Positions 48,807-58,876 of a stretch of DNA of 64,000 nucleotides are shown piece after piece; the first letter of the stretch is position 1, and each line of letters begins with the position of its first letter. Made by a program: the position numbers and the translations under genes. This DNA comes from Acidobacteriota bacterium (GTDB taxonomy: Bacteria > Acidobacteriota > UBA6911 > RPQK01 > CBDEGM01): assembly GCA_965237715.1 (NCBI GenBank), contig CBDEGM010000003.1:1746375-1810374 (forward strand), given 5' to 3'. Below the pieces are notes generated by a model. The model had not been told where the DNA came from. It saw only the letters and a list, made by a program, of their open reading frames with translations, and did no database searches.

Positions 48807-49040
48807 ATGGAACTTGCTTTGCGTGAGGCGAAAGCACGTCTTTCCGAGCTCGTCGTCGCCGCTCCGAACGGCGAACCGGCCGTCGAGTTCGTGCGCTGCC
48901 ATGGACGCGGTGGAATCGACTTCGGCAAGCTGGAGGCAATGCGTCGGCGCCTCGGGATCGAGGGAGACGGAGAGAGGTGGCCGAAGGAACTTAACGATCC
49001 TGCCCTCAGCCGCCGCGTGCTCGGACTCGACGACGAGTAG
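48807..49040 (+). CDS. Phd/YefM-type antitoxin
   Basis: MELALREAKARLSELV..GEP N-terminus typical of Phd/VapB antitoxins. Confidence 0.45.
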   Translation: MELALREAKARLSELVVAAPNGEPAVEFVRCHGRGGIDFGKLEAMRRRLGIEGDGERWPKELNDPALSRRVLGLDDE

Positions 49041-49061
49041 GTGGGCAAACCATGCGCATTC

Positions 49062-49088
49062 TTCTCGATACGTCCTATCTCTATGACC
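49062..49088 (+). pseudogene. vapC-like PIN toxin start (MRILLDTSYL) destroyed by IS6 element 3
   Basis: PIN N-terminal motif M.ILLDTS, then the IS6 IR. Confidence 0.4.
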
Positions 49089-49893
49089 GGCATTGTCACG
49101 TTAAGTGATCTAACCGCGACCTGGATTCTAGTGTAGCCTTTTGGGATGGACACCATCTCCTTCAAACGTCACCGCTTTCCACCGGAAATCATTCGACGCG
49201 CCGTTTGGCTCTATGCCAGGTTCACTCTGAGCTATCGGGATGTGGAGGATCTTCTTGCGGAGCGAGGTCTGGATATTTCCCACGAGAGCGTACGGCGCTG
49301 GTTCCTCAAGTTTGGTGCGCCGATTGCCCGAAACCTGCGCCACACGCGACCCATTCCCAACGGCTATTGGCATCTTGATGAGAGGGTCATCGTGATTCGC
49401 GGACAGCGTTATTGGTTATGGCGCGCGGTCGACAATGAAGGCGAGGTCCTGGATTTCCTCGTGCAATCGAAGCGGAACGCCCAAGCAGCGTTGAAGTTGA
49501 TGCGCAAGCTGCTGAAGAAACAAGGCTGGCCACCCACCCGGATTACAACCGATAAACTCAGGTCCTATCACGTCGCCATTCGAACCCTCGGCCTGACGGC
49601 TCAACACATCGACGATAGGCGTGCGAATCATCGTGCCGAGAATTCGCATCAGCCCGTCCGGCGTCGAGAACGAAAACAGCAGCGTTTCAAATCACCGGGT
49701 TCGGCCCAACGCTTTCTGAACATTCAATCCGCCGTTTACAACACCTTTTATGTCCAGCGGCATTTACGCAACAGATTCACGTTCAAACGATTTCGAAAAG
49801 ACGCATTCAATGTATGGGAAAGTGCGAGTGCGGCCGCCTGAAAGGGAATCCATGCGGGCCTTTGCGGCCCAACACGATTAACGTGACAATGCC
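49089..49893 (+). mobile_element. IS6-family element 3 (805 bp), IRs GGCATTGTCACGTTAA
   Basis: IRs at 49089 and 49878-49893. Confidence 0.75.
49146..49841 (+). CDS. IS6-family transposase (third distinct type)
   Basis: 231 aa; IS6 pattern. Confidence 0.85.
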   Translation: MDTISFKRHRFPPEIIRRAVWLYARFTLSYRDVEDLLAERGLDISHESVRRWFLKFGAPIARNLRHTRPIPNGYWHLDERVIVIRGQRYWLWRAVDNEGEVLDFLVQSKRNAQAALKLMRKLLKKQGWPPTRITTDKLRSYHVAIRTLGLTAQHIDDRRANHRAENSHQPVRRRERKQQRFKSPGSAQRFLNIQSAVYNTFYVQRHLRNRFTFKRFRKDAFNVWESASAAA

Positions 49894-49911
49894 CTCCCAG
49901 GTCCACCTAGA

Positions 49912-50667
49912 ATGCTCACGATTGTAGTCTCAGAAGAATGGGGCGTAGCGCGGGCCGCCGATATCGAAAAATTATTATCGGACGTCGCTTCACACATAAA
50001 TGGCCTGCTGAGAACGCCATGGGCCGGAGAGGTTCATGTAAGATCCGCGCCGCCTCGGGATCCAACTCCCAGGACTCTACTCCGTTCTTCGAAAACCGGC
50101 CCAATCGTTATTCAACTTAACTGCAAGGACCGTCGTTGGGCTCAGTATGCATACCAGTTTGCACATGAATTCTGTCATGTTCTATCCGGTTATGAGGTCT
50201 TAGAAGGCAATCCGAATAATTGGTTTCATGAGACGATCTGCGAACTTGCGTCGGTGTTCACACTTCGTCGAATGGCATCGCAGTGGCCCACGCATCCCCC
50301 CTACCCGGATGGGGCAGATTACTCGAAGCATTTGCTGGAATACGCTACGGAGCGGCAGAAGCGTGAAGAGGTCCAGTTGCCTATAGGCACCACTCCTCCC
50401 GATTGGCTATTGTCTCACGAATCTGGGTTACGTAAAGACCGATATCAAAGAGATAAGAACGATTTGGCGGCATACGCTCTTTTGCCAATTTTCGAGGAGT
50501 TGCCTGCTGGATGGAACGCCATCCGCAAATTCCCGAGTTCCTCGGGAGAACTCAAATATTACCTGTCTGACTGGGCATCGGCTGCCGCCCCGGATGACGT
50601 GCCGTTCGTGGTCCGTTTGGCAGATATGCTCGGACCTGCCATTGGCTCTGATACAGAATCCCGGTGA
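49912..50667 (+). CDS. Hypothetical HExxH-motif protein (possible small zinc metallopeptidase, ImmA/IrrE-like)
   Basis: YQFAHEFCHVL. Confidence 0.35.
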   Translation: MLTIVVSEEWGVARAADIEKLLSDVASHINGLLRTPWAGEVHVRSAPPRDPTPRTLLRSSKTGPIVIQLNCKDRRWAQYAYQFAHEFCHVLSGYEVLEGNPNNWFHETICELASVFTLRRMASQWPTHPPYPDGADYSKHLLEYATERQKREEVQLPIGTTPPDWLLSHESGLRKDRYQRDKNDLAAYALLPIFEELPAGWNAIRKFPSSSGELKYYLSDWASAAAPDDVPFVVRLADMLGPAIGSDTESR

Positions 50668-50705
50668 TCAGCGCCCAACACCTGGGCCGCCTTCTGATCA
50701 ACGCC

Positions 50706-51950
50706 GTCTGCTCCTGATCTTGGCCGGTTGGATCAACAGAGACCAGCAGGACGCGATCGAGTATCTTTTGACTGAGAATCAGGTACTCAGAGAAAAGCTC
50801 GGCAAGCGCCGCATTCTGCTCAACGGCGACCAGCGTCGACGCTTGGCCGTCAAGGGCAAGGTGCTGGGCCGAAAAAGCCTCGGCAAACTGGCCAAGATCG
50901 TCAGGCCCGACACGCTTCTGCGCTGGCATCGAGAGCTTATCGCTCGCAAGTGGGATCACTCAGACAAGAGGCAATCCGTTGGCCGGCCACGCATTCGACA
51001 CAGATTGTGGACTTGGCTCTGCGCATGGCTCAGGAGAATCCTAGCTGGGGCTTATGACCGTATCCAGGGTGCTTTAGCCAACCTGGGCTTCCACATCTCT
51101 GACACCACGGTTGGCAACATTCTCAAAGCCCACGGCATCGAGCCAGCTCCAGAGCGCGAGAGCCGCACGGCCTGGCGTACCTTCCTTGCTGCTCACTGGG
51201 ATTCGATCGCAGCCGCCGACTTTACGACCGTTGAGGTCTGGACTCGGTCAGGACTGGTCACGTTCTACGTCCTTGTGGTGATGCATCTAAAGACGCGGCG
51301 CATTGAAATCGCGGGTGCGACGCCTCACCCCAACTCCGAATGGATGCAGCAAGCCGGAAGGAACCTGACCGGCTGTGTCGACGGCTTTTTCCGCAGCTCG
51401 ACCCACGTCATCCTTGACCGTGACACGAAGCACTTGCCGTTGCGTCAGATCTTGAAGTCCAGCGACATCGGGGCGGTAGTCTTACCTCCCAAGAGTCCTA
51501 ATCTCAATGCTCATCTGGAACGCTTCATGCGCTCCCTGAAATCTGAATGTCTCAACCGTATGATCTTCTTTGGTGAAGCGTCATTGCGTCGGGCCTTGAG
51601 AGAGTTCGGAGAGCACTTTCACCACGAACGGAATCATCAGGGACTCGCGAACCGAATCATTGATGCGGGAGATGAAGTTGGTCGCAAGGACGGCGAATTA
51701 AGTTGCCGTCCCAGGCTCGGTGGCTTGCTTCGATACTACTATCGAGACGCTGCTTGAATTCGGATACACTCCATAAGACCGAGGAGAAGGTCGAGTCAGC
51801 ACCGCTGTGCCGGAGCGACGACCTCACACCGGGAGCCCGTTTCCAAAAGCTGGTTTCTCAACGGAACTCGCCTGAGATTCCGATGCTCGCACGCCCATGA
51901 GCCCTTCTATCCTAAGGATCCGCTGCCCGACCGAATATTTTTACCTTACG
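50706..51950 (+). mobile_element. IS481-like copy 2, lacking about 195 bp of its 5' end, with frameshifts in the transposase
   Basis: Homology starts inside the ORF; same [18 protein letters not shown] frame-shift signature as copy 6. Confidence 0.7.
50708..51757 (+). pseudogene. Degenerate IS481-like transposase
   Basis: Two compensating indels and E-to-G changes. Confidence 0.6.
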
Positions 51951-51951
51951 C

Positions 51952-53369
51952 CGTAAGGTCAAAATATTCAGCCGACCCACAAGTCTCTATTGTGCAACAA
52001 GTTGTAACCGTCACGGCAAACAGAAGTCAGCCTTGGTTGAGCCCCAATGTTTTCCCCCTTTGCGTCTGAGCACTTGACGTGAGCATCTAATCAACCATGA
52101 ACTTCGTGCTCAGGCCCTGGCAGCTGCTGCTCCTGATCTTGGCCGGTTGGATCAACAGAGACCAGCAGGACGCGATCGAGTATCTTTTGACTGAGAATCA
52201 GGTACTCAGAGAAAAGCTCGGCAAGGGCCGCATTCTGCTCAACGGCGACCAGCGTCGACGCTTGGCCGTCAAGGGCAAGGTGCTGGGCCGAAAAAGCCTC
52301 GGCAAACTGGCCAAGATCGTCAGGCCCGACACGCTTCTGCGCTGGCATCGAGAGCTTATCGCTCGCAAGTGGGATCACTCAGACAAGAGGCAATCCGTTG
52401 GCCGGCCACGCATTCGACAACAGATTGTGGACTTGGCTCTGCGCATGGCTCAGGAGAATCCTAGCTGGGGCTATGACCGTATCCAGGGTGCTTTAGCCAA
52501 CCTGGGCTTCCACATTTCTGACACCACGGTTGGCAACATTCTCAAAGCCCACGGCATCGAGCCAGCTCCAGAGCGCGAGAGCCGCACGGCCTGGCGTACC
52601 TTCCTTGCTGCTCACTGGGATTCGATCGCAGCCGCCGACTTTACGACCGTTGAGGTCTGGACTCGGTCAGGACTGGTCACGTTCTACGTCCTTGTGGTGA
52701 TGCGTCTAAAGACGCGGCGCATTGAAATCGCGGGTGCGACGCCTCACTCCAACTCCGAATGGATGCAGCAAGCCGGAAGGAACCTGACCGGCTGTGTCGA
52801 CGGCTTTTTCCGCAGCTCGGCCCACGTCATCCTTGACCGTGACACGAAGCACTTGCCGTTGCGTCAGATCTTGAAGTCCAGCGACATCGAGGCGGTAGTC
52901 TTACCTCCCAAGAGTCCTAATCTCAATGCTCATCTGGAACGCTTCATGCGCTCCCTGAAATCTGAATGTCTCAACCGTATGATCTTCTTTGGTGAAGCGT
53001 CATTGCGTCGGGCCTTGAGAGAGTCCGGAGAGCACTTTCACCACGAACGGAATCATCAGGGACTCGCGAACCGAATCATTGATGCGGGAGATGAAGTTGG
53101 TCGCAAGGACGGCGAATTAAGTTGCCGTCCCAGGCTCGGTGGCTTGCTTCGATACTACTATCGAGACGCTGCTTGAATTCGGATACACTCCATAAGACTG
53201 GGGAGAAGGTCGAGTCAGCACCGCTGTGCCGGAGCGACGACCTCACACCGGGAGCCCGTTTCCAAAAGCTGGTTTCTCAACGGAAATCGCCTGAGATTCC
53301 GATGCTCGCACGCCCATGAGCCCTTCTATCCTAAGGATCCGCTGCCCGACCGAATATTTTTACCTTACG
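51952..53369 (+). mobile_element. IS481-like copy 3, separated from copy 2 by a single base (head-to-tail tandem)
   Basis: ...ttaccttacg-c-cgtaaggtcaaaat... Confidence 0.85.
52097..53176 (+). CDS. IS481-like transposase
   Basis: 359 aa. Confidence 0.85.
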   Translation: MNFVLRPWQLLLLILAGWINRDQQDAIEYLLTENQVLREKLGKGRILLNGDQRRRLAVKGKVLGRKSLGKLAKIVRPDTLLRWHRELIARKWDHSDKRQSVGRPRIRQQIVDLALRMAQENPSWGYDRIQGALANLGFHISDTTVGNILKAHGIEPAPERESRTAWRTFLAAHWDSIAAADFTTVEVWTRSGLVTFYVLVVMRLKTRRIEIAGATPHSNSEWMQQAGRNLTGCVDGFFRSSAHVILDRDTKHLPLRQILKSSDIEAVVLPPKSPNLNAHLERFMRSLKSECLNRMIFFGEASLRRALRESGEHFHHERNHQGLANRIIDAGDEVGRKDGELSCRPRLGGLLRYYYRDAA

Positions 53370-53492
53370 GCGAGCGCGACGCGGTGTTCTCCCATGCCGA
53401 TCTGCAGCCGGCGGCGCTAGGGCGCGATCTGGGGTTGTGGGACGGTGTGACGCCGCCGGTCGCGCCGTGTACGCAATCCAGCAGATACAAAA

Positions 53493-55778
53493 CTAGGTCA
53501 GGTTCCCGACAATTTTGAGGGTTCGCTTGACGTAGTTCGAGAGTTCGATGTCATCGATCGACTCAGTCGCTGCGTTGGGATTCTCGCCATGGTGGTAGCG
53601 TTTAGTATATTCGTTCAAATCCTCAAGGTCCTCCGCGAGGGCCGAGAGCTGGTGCACCTTTCCTTCCGTCCTGATCCTGCCGATCATAGTGCCGAGGGTG
53701 TCACCGTCGGGGAACTGGCTCGGGTATAGATTTCGGCAGTAGCTTTCGAGCACGGGGCGAATTTTCTGAACGACATCGCGCGCATTGCCCCCCCTGTCGC
53801 TATAGTACCGCTGGAGCTTTTCCACGTCGAATCGGTAACGAGCCTTGACTGTCTCCTCTATATCCCATTCGGCAATCGTCGTATTAATTTCGCCGACGCG
53901 AACAAGCTGGACCGTCTTGCGGTCCGCCAGGGGGAGTTGATCCCAAACGAGTTTTAGGAAATACGGATCATGGGACAGAAGGACGACCTGCGCGCAGCGA
54001 TCGCCGCAGCGCTTAATCTCAATGGCAGTCTGTGTTCGGCGGAAGGCATCCTGACTGGTGAAAGGATCGTCCAGGACGACGGTCTTCTGGGCGCGGGATG
54101 GGTCCTGCTCAAGCTGTGCAAAGAAAAAGGCCAGTGCGAGCGTGCTGCGGTCGCCCGCACTGAGCGTGTTCTTGAAGCTAGGCTCAGATAGCAGTGTGTC
54201 CGGTTTGCCGAGGGCGACAGGCATTTCGTTAATCAGGATTTCATAGCTCGAACTTGGGATTCTACCTTTGTAGTCATGAGTCAGCCCTGAGATGCGGAAG
54301 CCCGTGTTGAACCGGTCGAGATAGCGATTGATGCTCCGCCCATACTGCGTGATAACGCTTTCGGTGTGCCCATCCAACTCTGCCTTGGCATCGGCCTTTT
54401 GGCCTTCGAGACCCCTTTTCTCGGCAAGTAAGTCTCGATAACTCTGGCAGGCCGCCCCAACAGCCTGAGTGTGGCGCGTCTTCTGCGCGTTGAGCCGGGT
54501 CAGTTCTGCCGCGACGGCCGCTACATCCGCAGCAGCAGCCTGTTCCTTCTTGGTCGCGATGAGTCCGTTTATCGTGGCGATGGATTGGTTGTAGGCTACG
54601 ATATTTCGCGTCAATATGGTAAAGGCTGATTCTGCCGTCACAAAATTATCGTCCGCGGCTAGCGTTTCGAGAGGAGCAGCTTTCTTGCGGTTCAGCAACG
54701 ATAGTGCGGCTGACCGCATATTCGCGAGGATGGCGGACAAATCAGTTTGCGAAGGAAGCCCCAGCGCTTCAAACGTGCAGTAGTCGTTCCAAAACGTGGC
54801 GACTTGGCCATTTTTTTCAAACGTGTTCCGGATTGTGGCAATGCCGGCATCGCCAAATACGTTATCGACCTGTTCGGCCAGCTTGGCAACCTCGTCTTTC
54901 AGGCTGTGGTAAGCCTCGCTGAAATAAGCCTTGTAGCTATCGATCAAGACAAGTCCGGTAAGATCCTGCCCGCAGAAAGGGCAGTCGTCATCGACGACAT
55001 AAGATAGGCCTTCCGAAAGCCACATCTCTCCGCGATCTTGCATATGGTGCGTGCGCATATGATCCGCGATCTGCCGTTCGGCATCGGCGGCGATGTCTTC
55101 GACCGTTTTGGCCAGTCCTTGTGAGAAATCGCGGGGCAGTTCTGGTAAAGAAACAGTGCTCAGGCCCTCGTGCCGGGCTATCTGGTCAGCTTTCTTTACG
55201 GCGTCTAAGTCGCCCTGCTTGGCGTTAATCCTGGCGTCAATATTGTTATCTGCTGCGAGTGTGAGAAATTCCTCGCTGGTCATGCCTTGTGGGATGTGGT
55301 TCTGGACAACTGCACGAGCCGCTTTGATCGCTCGGGATTTCTCACGGATCTGGGCATCAAGATCCTGAACACGTCGTGCAAGGACCACGCCACGGCTGCC
55401 GATTATCACCTGGTAGAGATTGCGCCGCTGCTGTGTATCGACAGCATTCCCAACATGGACGTTCTCGGCAATGTAAGTCTCATCAAAAACGGCAAGGGCG
55501 GCCATGGGCGCACTCCATGCGCCATTCTGAAAATTGGCCGGGCCGGTCTCAAGCAGGAACTCGACTTCAGGTTCATCGGGATAGCCTAAGGTCTTTCGCC
55601 CTAGGATGTAGGCGGGTTCACCCCACTGTAGGGAACGCAGGATCGCGCAGAGCGTCGTCTTGCCGCGGCCGTTCTCGGCAAAAACAAGAGTTCCCGCTTT
55701 AAACGTGACATCGTCGGCCGCAAAGCACTTTTGAAAGCGCCCTATATTCTTGATCGAGATGATCTTTTTCAGGGTCAT
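53493..55778 (-). CDS. RloC/PrrC-like AAA_13 ABC ATPase with a zinc-hook (CPFC) coiled-coil insert and a C-terminal HEPN-like region; candidate anticodon nuclease
   Basis: Walker A FAENGRGKTTL; CxxC hook DDDCPFCGQD in the coiled coil; signature LSAGDRS; Walker B VVLDDPFTSQD; H-loop LSHD; C-terminal GRIRTEGKVH; the true start is MTLKKIISIKNIGRF at 55778 (the ORF track extends it to 56111). Confidence 0.5.
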   Translation of the reverse strand: MTLKKIISIKNIGRFQKCFAADDVTFKAGTLVFAENGRGKTTLCAILRSLQWGEPAYILGRKTLGYPDEPEVEFLLETGPANFQNGAWSAPMAALAVFDETYIAENVHVGNAVDTQQRRNLYQVIIGSRGVVLARRVQDLDAQIREKSRAIKAARAVVQNHIPQGMTSEEFLTLAADNNIDARINAKQGDLDAVKKADQIARHEGLSTVSLPELPRDFSQGLAKTVEDIAADAERQIADHMRTHHMQDRGEMWLSEGLSYVVDDDCPFCGQDLTGLVLIDSYKAYFSEAYHSLKDEVAKLAEQVDNVFGDAGIATIRNTFEKNGQVATFWNDYCTFEALGLPSQTDLSAILANMRSAALSLLNRKKAAPLETLAADDNFVTAESAFTILTRNIVAYNQSIATINGLIATKKEQAAAADVAAVAAELTRLNAQKTRHTQAVGAACQSYRDLLAEKRGLEGQKADAKAELDGHTESVITQYGRSINRYLDRFNTGFRISGLTHDYKGRIPSSSYEILINEMPVALGKPDTLLSEPSFKNTLSAGDRSTLALAFFFAQLEQDPSRAQKTVVLDDPFTSQDAFRRTQTAIEIKRCGDRCAQVVLLSHDPYFLKLVWDQLPLADRKTVQLVRVGEINTTIAEWDIEETVKARYRFDVEKLQRYYSDRGGNARDVVQKIRPVLESYCRNLYPSQFPDGDTLGTMIGRIRTEGKVHQLSALAEDLEDLNEYTKRYHHGENPNAATESIDDIELSNYVKRTLKIVGNLT

Positions 55779-56048
55779 CCGCCTGCTTCCGTATACAGGG
55801 TAGCACGCAGAAACGTATAACCGTATACGGTAGAGTTCAGGCGCTTCCCGTCTCGACCAGCTCTGGTCGGAGCTTGTATTCCCCGTAGAGCACAACGTTG
55901 TCCCACTGCTGGAGTCTCCGCTTTGAGTACGGACTCCTCGAGGTGACGGAAAGACGAATCCGGTCCGGCGATAAACGAGGTGGACCCGCAGCTCGTAGGC
56001 GAGGCTCTGGAGGCTTCTGCCACTCTCGTTGCCCGACCTCGCGAATCC

Positions 56049-57466
56049 CGTAAGGTCAAAATATTCAGCCGACCCACAAGTCTCTATTGTGCAACAAGTT
56101 GTAACCGTCACGGAAAACAGAAGTCAGCCTTGGTTGAGCCCCAATGTTTTCCCCCTTTGCGTCTGAGCACTTGACGTGAGCATTTAATCAACCATGAACT
56201 TCGTGCTCAGGCCCTGGCAGCAGCAGCTCCTGATCTTGGCCGGTTGGATCAACAGAGACCAGCAGGACGCGATCGAGTATCTTTTGACTGAGAATCAGGT
56301 ACTCAGAGAAAAGCTCGGCAAGGGCCGCATTCTGCTCAACGACGGCCAGCGTCGACGCTTGGCCGTCAAGGGCAAGGTGCTGGGCCGAAAAAGCCTCGGC
56401 AAACTGGCCAAGATCGTCAGGCCCGACACGCTTCTGCGCTGGCATCGAGAGCTTATCGCTCGCAAGTGGGATCACTCAGACAAGAGGCAATCCGTTGGCC
56501 GGCCACGCATTCGACAACAGATTGTGGACTTGGCTCTGCGCATGGCTCAGGAGAATCCTAGCTTGGGCTATGACCGTATCCAGGGTGCTTTAGCCAACCT
56601 GGGCTTCCACATCTCTGACACCACGGTTGGCAACATTCTCAAAGCCCACGGCATCGAGCCAGCTCCAGAGCGCGAGAGCCGCACGGCCTGGCGCACCTTC
56701 CTTGCTGCTCACTGGGATTCGATCGCAGCCGCCGACTTTACGACCGTTGAGGTCTGGACTCGGTCAGGACTGGTCACGTTCTACGTCCTTGTGGTGATGC
56801 ATCTAAAGACGCGGCGCATTGAAATCGCGGGTGCGACGCCTCACCCCAACTCCGAATGGATGCAGCAAGCCGGAAGGAACCTGACCGGCTGTGTCGACGG
56901 CTTTTTCCGCAGCTCGGCCCACGTCATCCTTGACCGTGACACGAAGCACTTGCCGTTGCGTCAGATCTTGAAGTCCAGCGACATCGAGGCGGTAGTCTTA
57001 CCTCCCAAGAGTCCTAATCTCAATGCTCATCTGGAACGCTTCATGCGCTCCCTGAAATCTGAATGTCTCAACCGTATGATCTTCTTTGGTGAAGCGTCAT
57101 TGCGTCGGGCCTTGAGAGAGTTCGGAGAGCACTTTCACCACGAACGGAATCATCAGGGACTCGCGAACCGAATCATTGATGCGGGAGATGAAGTTGGTCG
57201 CAAGGACGGCGAATTAAGTTGCCGTCCCAGGCTCGGTGGCTTGCTTCGATACTACTATCGAGACGCTGCTTGAATTCGGATACACTCCATAAGACTGGGG
57301 AGAAGGTCGAGTCAGCACCGCTGTGCCGGAGCGACGACCTCACACCGGGAGCCCGTTTCCAAAAGCTGGTTTCTCAACGGAAATCGCCTGAGATTCCGAT
57401 GCTCGCACGCCCATGAGCCCTTCTATCCTAAGGATCCGCTGCCCGACCGAATATTTTTACCTTACG
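56049..57466 (+). mobile_element. IS481-like copy 4, inserted into an IS903-group copy
   Basis: Flanked on the right by the IS903-group transposase 3' region. Confidence 0.85.
56194..57273 (+). CDS. IS481-like transposase
   Basis: 359 aa. Confidence 0.85.
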   Translation: MNFVLRPWQQQLLILAGWINRDQQDAIEYLLTENQVLREKLGKGRILLNDGQRRRLAVKGKVLGRKSLGKLAKIVRPDTLLRWHRELIARKWDHSDKRQSVGRPRIRQQIVDLALRMAQENPSLGYDRIQGALANLGFHISDTTVGNILKAHGIEPAPERESRTAWRTFLAAHWDSIAAADFTTVEVWTRSGLVTFYVLVVMHLKTRRIEIAGATPHPNSEWMQQAGRNLTGCVDGFFRSSAHVILDRDTKHLPLRQILKSSDIEAVVLPPKSPNLNAHLERFMRSLKSECLNRMIFFGEASLRRALREFGEHFHHERNHQGLANRIIDAGDEVGRKDGELSCRPRLGGLLRYYYRDAA

Positions 57467-58074
57467 GCATCCCGCATTGCCCGCCAGGCAGGCGGGTCCA
57501 CACTTTCACTCAGCCGCGCACTGCGTCGCGGAGGGATGGTGGCGACAGCCTCCCGCTCGAGTATCGATTGATAACAGGCCCTCGTGTCATAGGCCCCGTC
57601 GCCCGAGACTTGAACGATGCGACCCGGAATCTGATCCAGCAGGGCCGGCAACAGACGACAGTCGTGGACCCGTCTCGGTGGAACCTCCACCGCCACAATC
57701 TCTTTCGTCCTCTCATCGACACCCAGGTGCAGCTTGCGCCAGGCTCTGCGCCGGCCATGTCGATGCTTTCGGACGTGCCATTCACCCGAGCCGTACACTC
57801 TCAGGCCCGTCGCATCCACAACCACGTGCCGAGGCCGACTGCTTGGGCTAACAGTCAAGAACGTCGCCAAGGAACTCTGTCGTCTACTGAGAGTGCTGTA
57901 GTCTGGAACTGGCAGATCGAGTCTGAGCAACTCCAGGAGCGAAGAAACGAAGCCCTGCGTCGACCGAAGGCTAAGATGAAACACCGACTTCAATATCAGC
58001 GCACACTGAATGGCCGTGTCGGAGTAAACCTTCGGAGCGCCGGGGCCCTTGGGCGGGTCGGCGTTCCGCCAGGC
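57467..58074 (-). mobile_element. IS903-group fragment (internal about 600 bp; both ends missing)
   Basis: Homology to 39480-39950. Confidence 0.65.
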
Positions 58075-58876
58075 ATCTCGCGGCAGGCGGACCTGGTGCG
58101 ATTGGTGCTGTCGCTCGCCGAACTCGGGTGAGGGCGGCGCGATCTGCTGCGACCCGCGCCAAGTGAGCGTGGCCGGCCGAGACGGCCGAGTTTCCAGACC
58201 ACGAGCCCGTCGCCCTTCCTCAGGGCGCGCACGCAGCTGTCGAGTCCTGGCCGATCGTCGCGTCCGCCGGACGCGAAGTCAGGGTACAGGTTGGCTGGGT
58301 CGTCGCTGCCAGCGGCCCCCACGCTACCCCTTCCCTCGCCGGGTCGGGCGGGAAGACGAAAGCGCGAGCCGCCCCGGGCACCGGTGTAACTTCGGAGACG
58401 GAGATATAGATCGGGCCGCTTCTCCAACGCGCATCCTCGTTGAAGGCCCTCGAGCCTCCTCAAAGCCCACTTCCTGGACGAACTCGTAGGCGCATTGAAC
58501 GAAGGCCTGGACATCCTCCGGTGTGCGCACGGCGCTGGCGACGATGGACTTATCCGCACAAGACAAGAATGTATCGGAGCCGAAAGTCGGCGCGGCCAGG
58601 AAGGTGAAGGGAATCAGGAAATAAGGCAGTCGATGCTTCATTGATGGGGGAAACTAACAAAATTGGAGGCCGTGTGGCAAGAGGCGCAGCTTCGAGGCTG
58701 AGACGAGTGGAGCTAACCTTGCCTCCTTCCGAAACCGAAAATCCTAACATTCACACTGGACTCGTTTCAGAGGGCAAGGGCAGATTGCTAGCTTGCCGGA
58801 TTGTCGGAACAATCCGGCTCCAGACATGTTCTCCTCCACCCAGTCACACGTGGGGTTCTCATACCCAGGGTGTAAT

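Noticed and set aside
53493-56111. The 872-aa ORF as given in the ORF track
   Set aside because: The first roughly 110 codons are low-complexity and read through IS-flanking spacer. The ATPase head starts at MTLKKIISIKNIGRF, so the start was moved to 55778.
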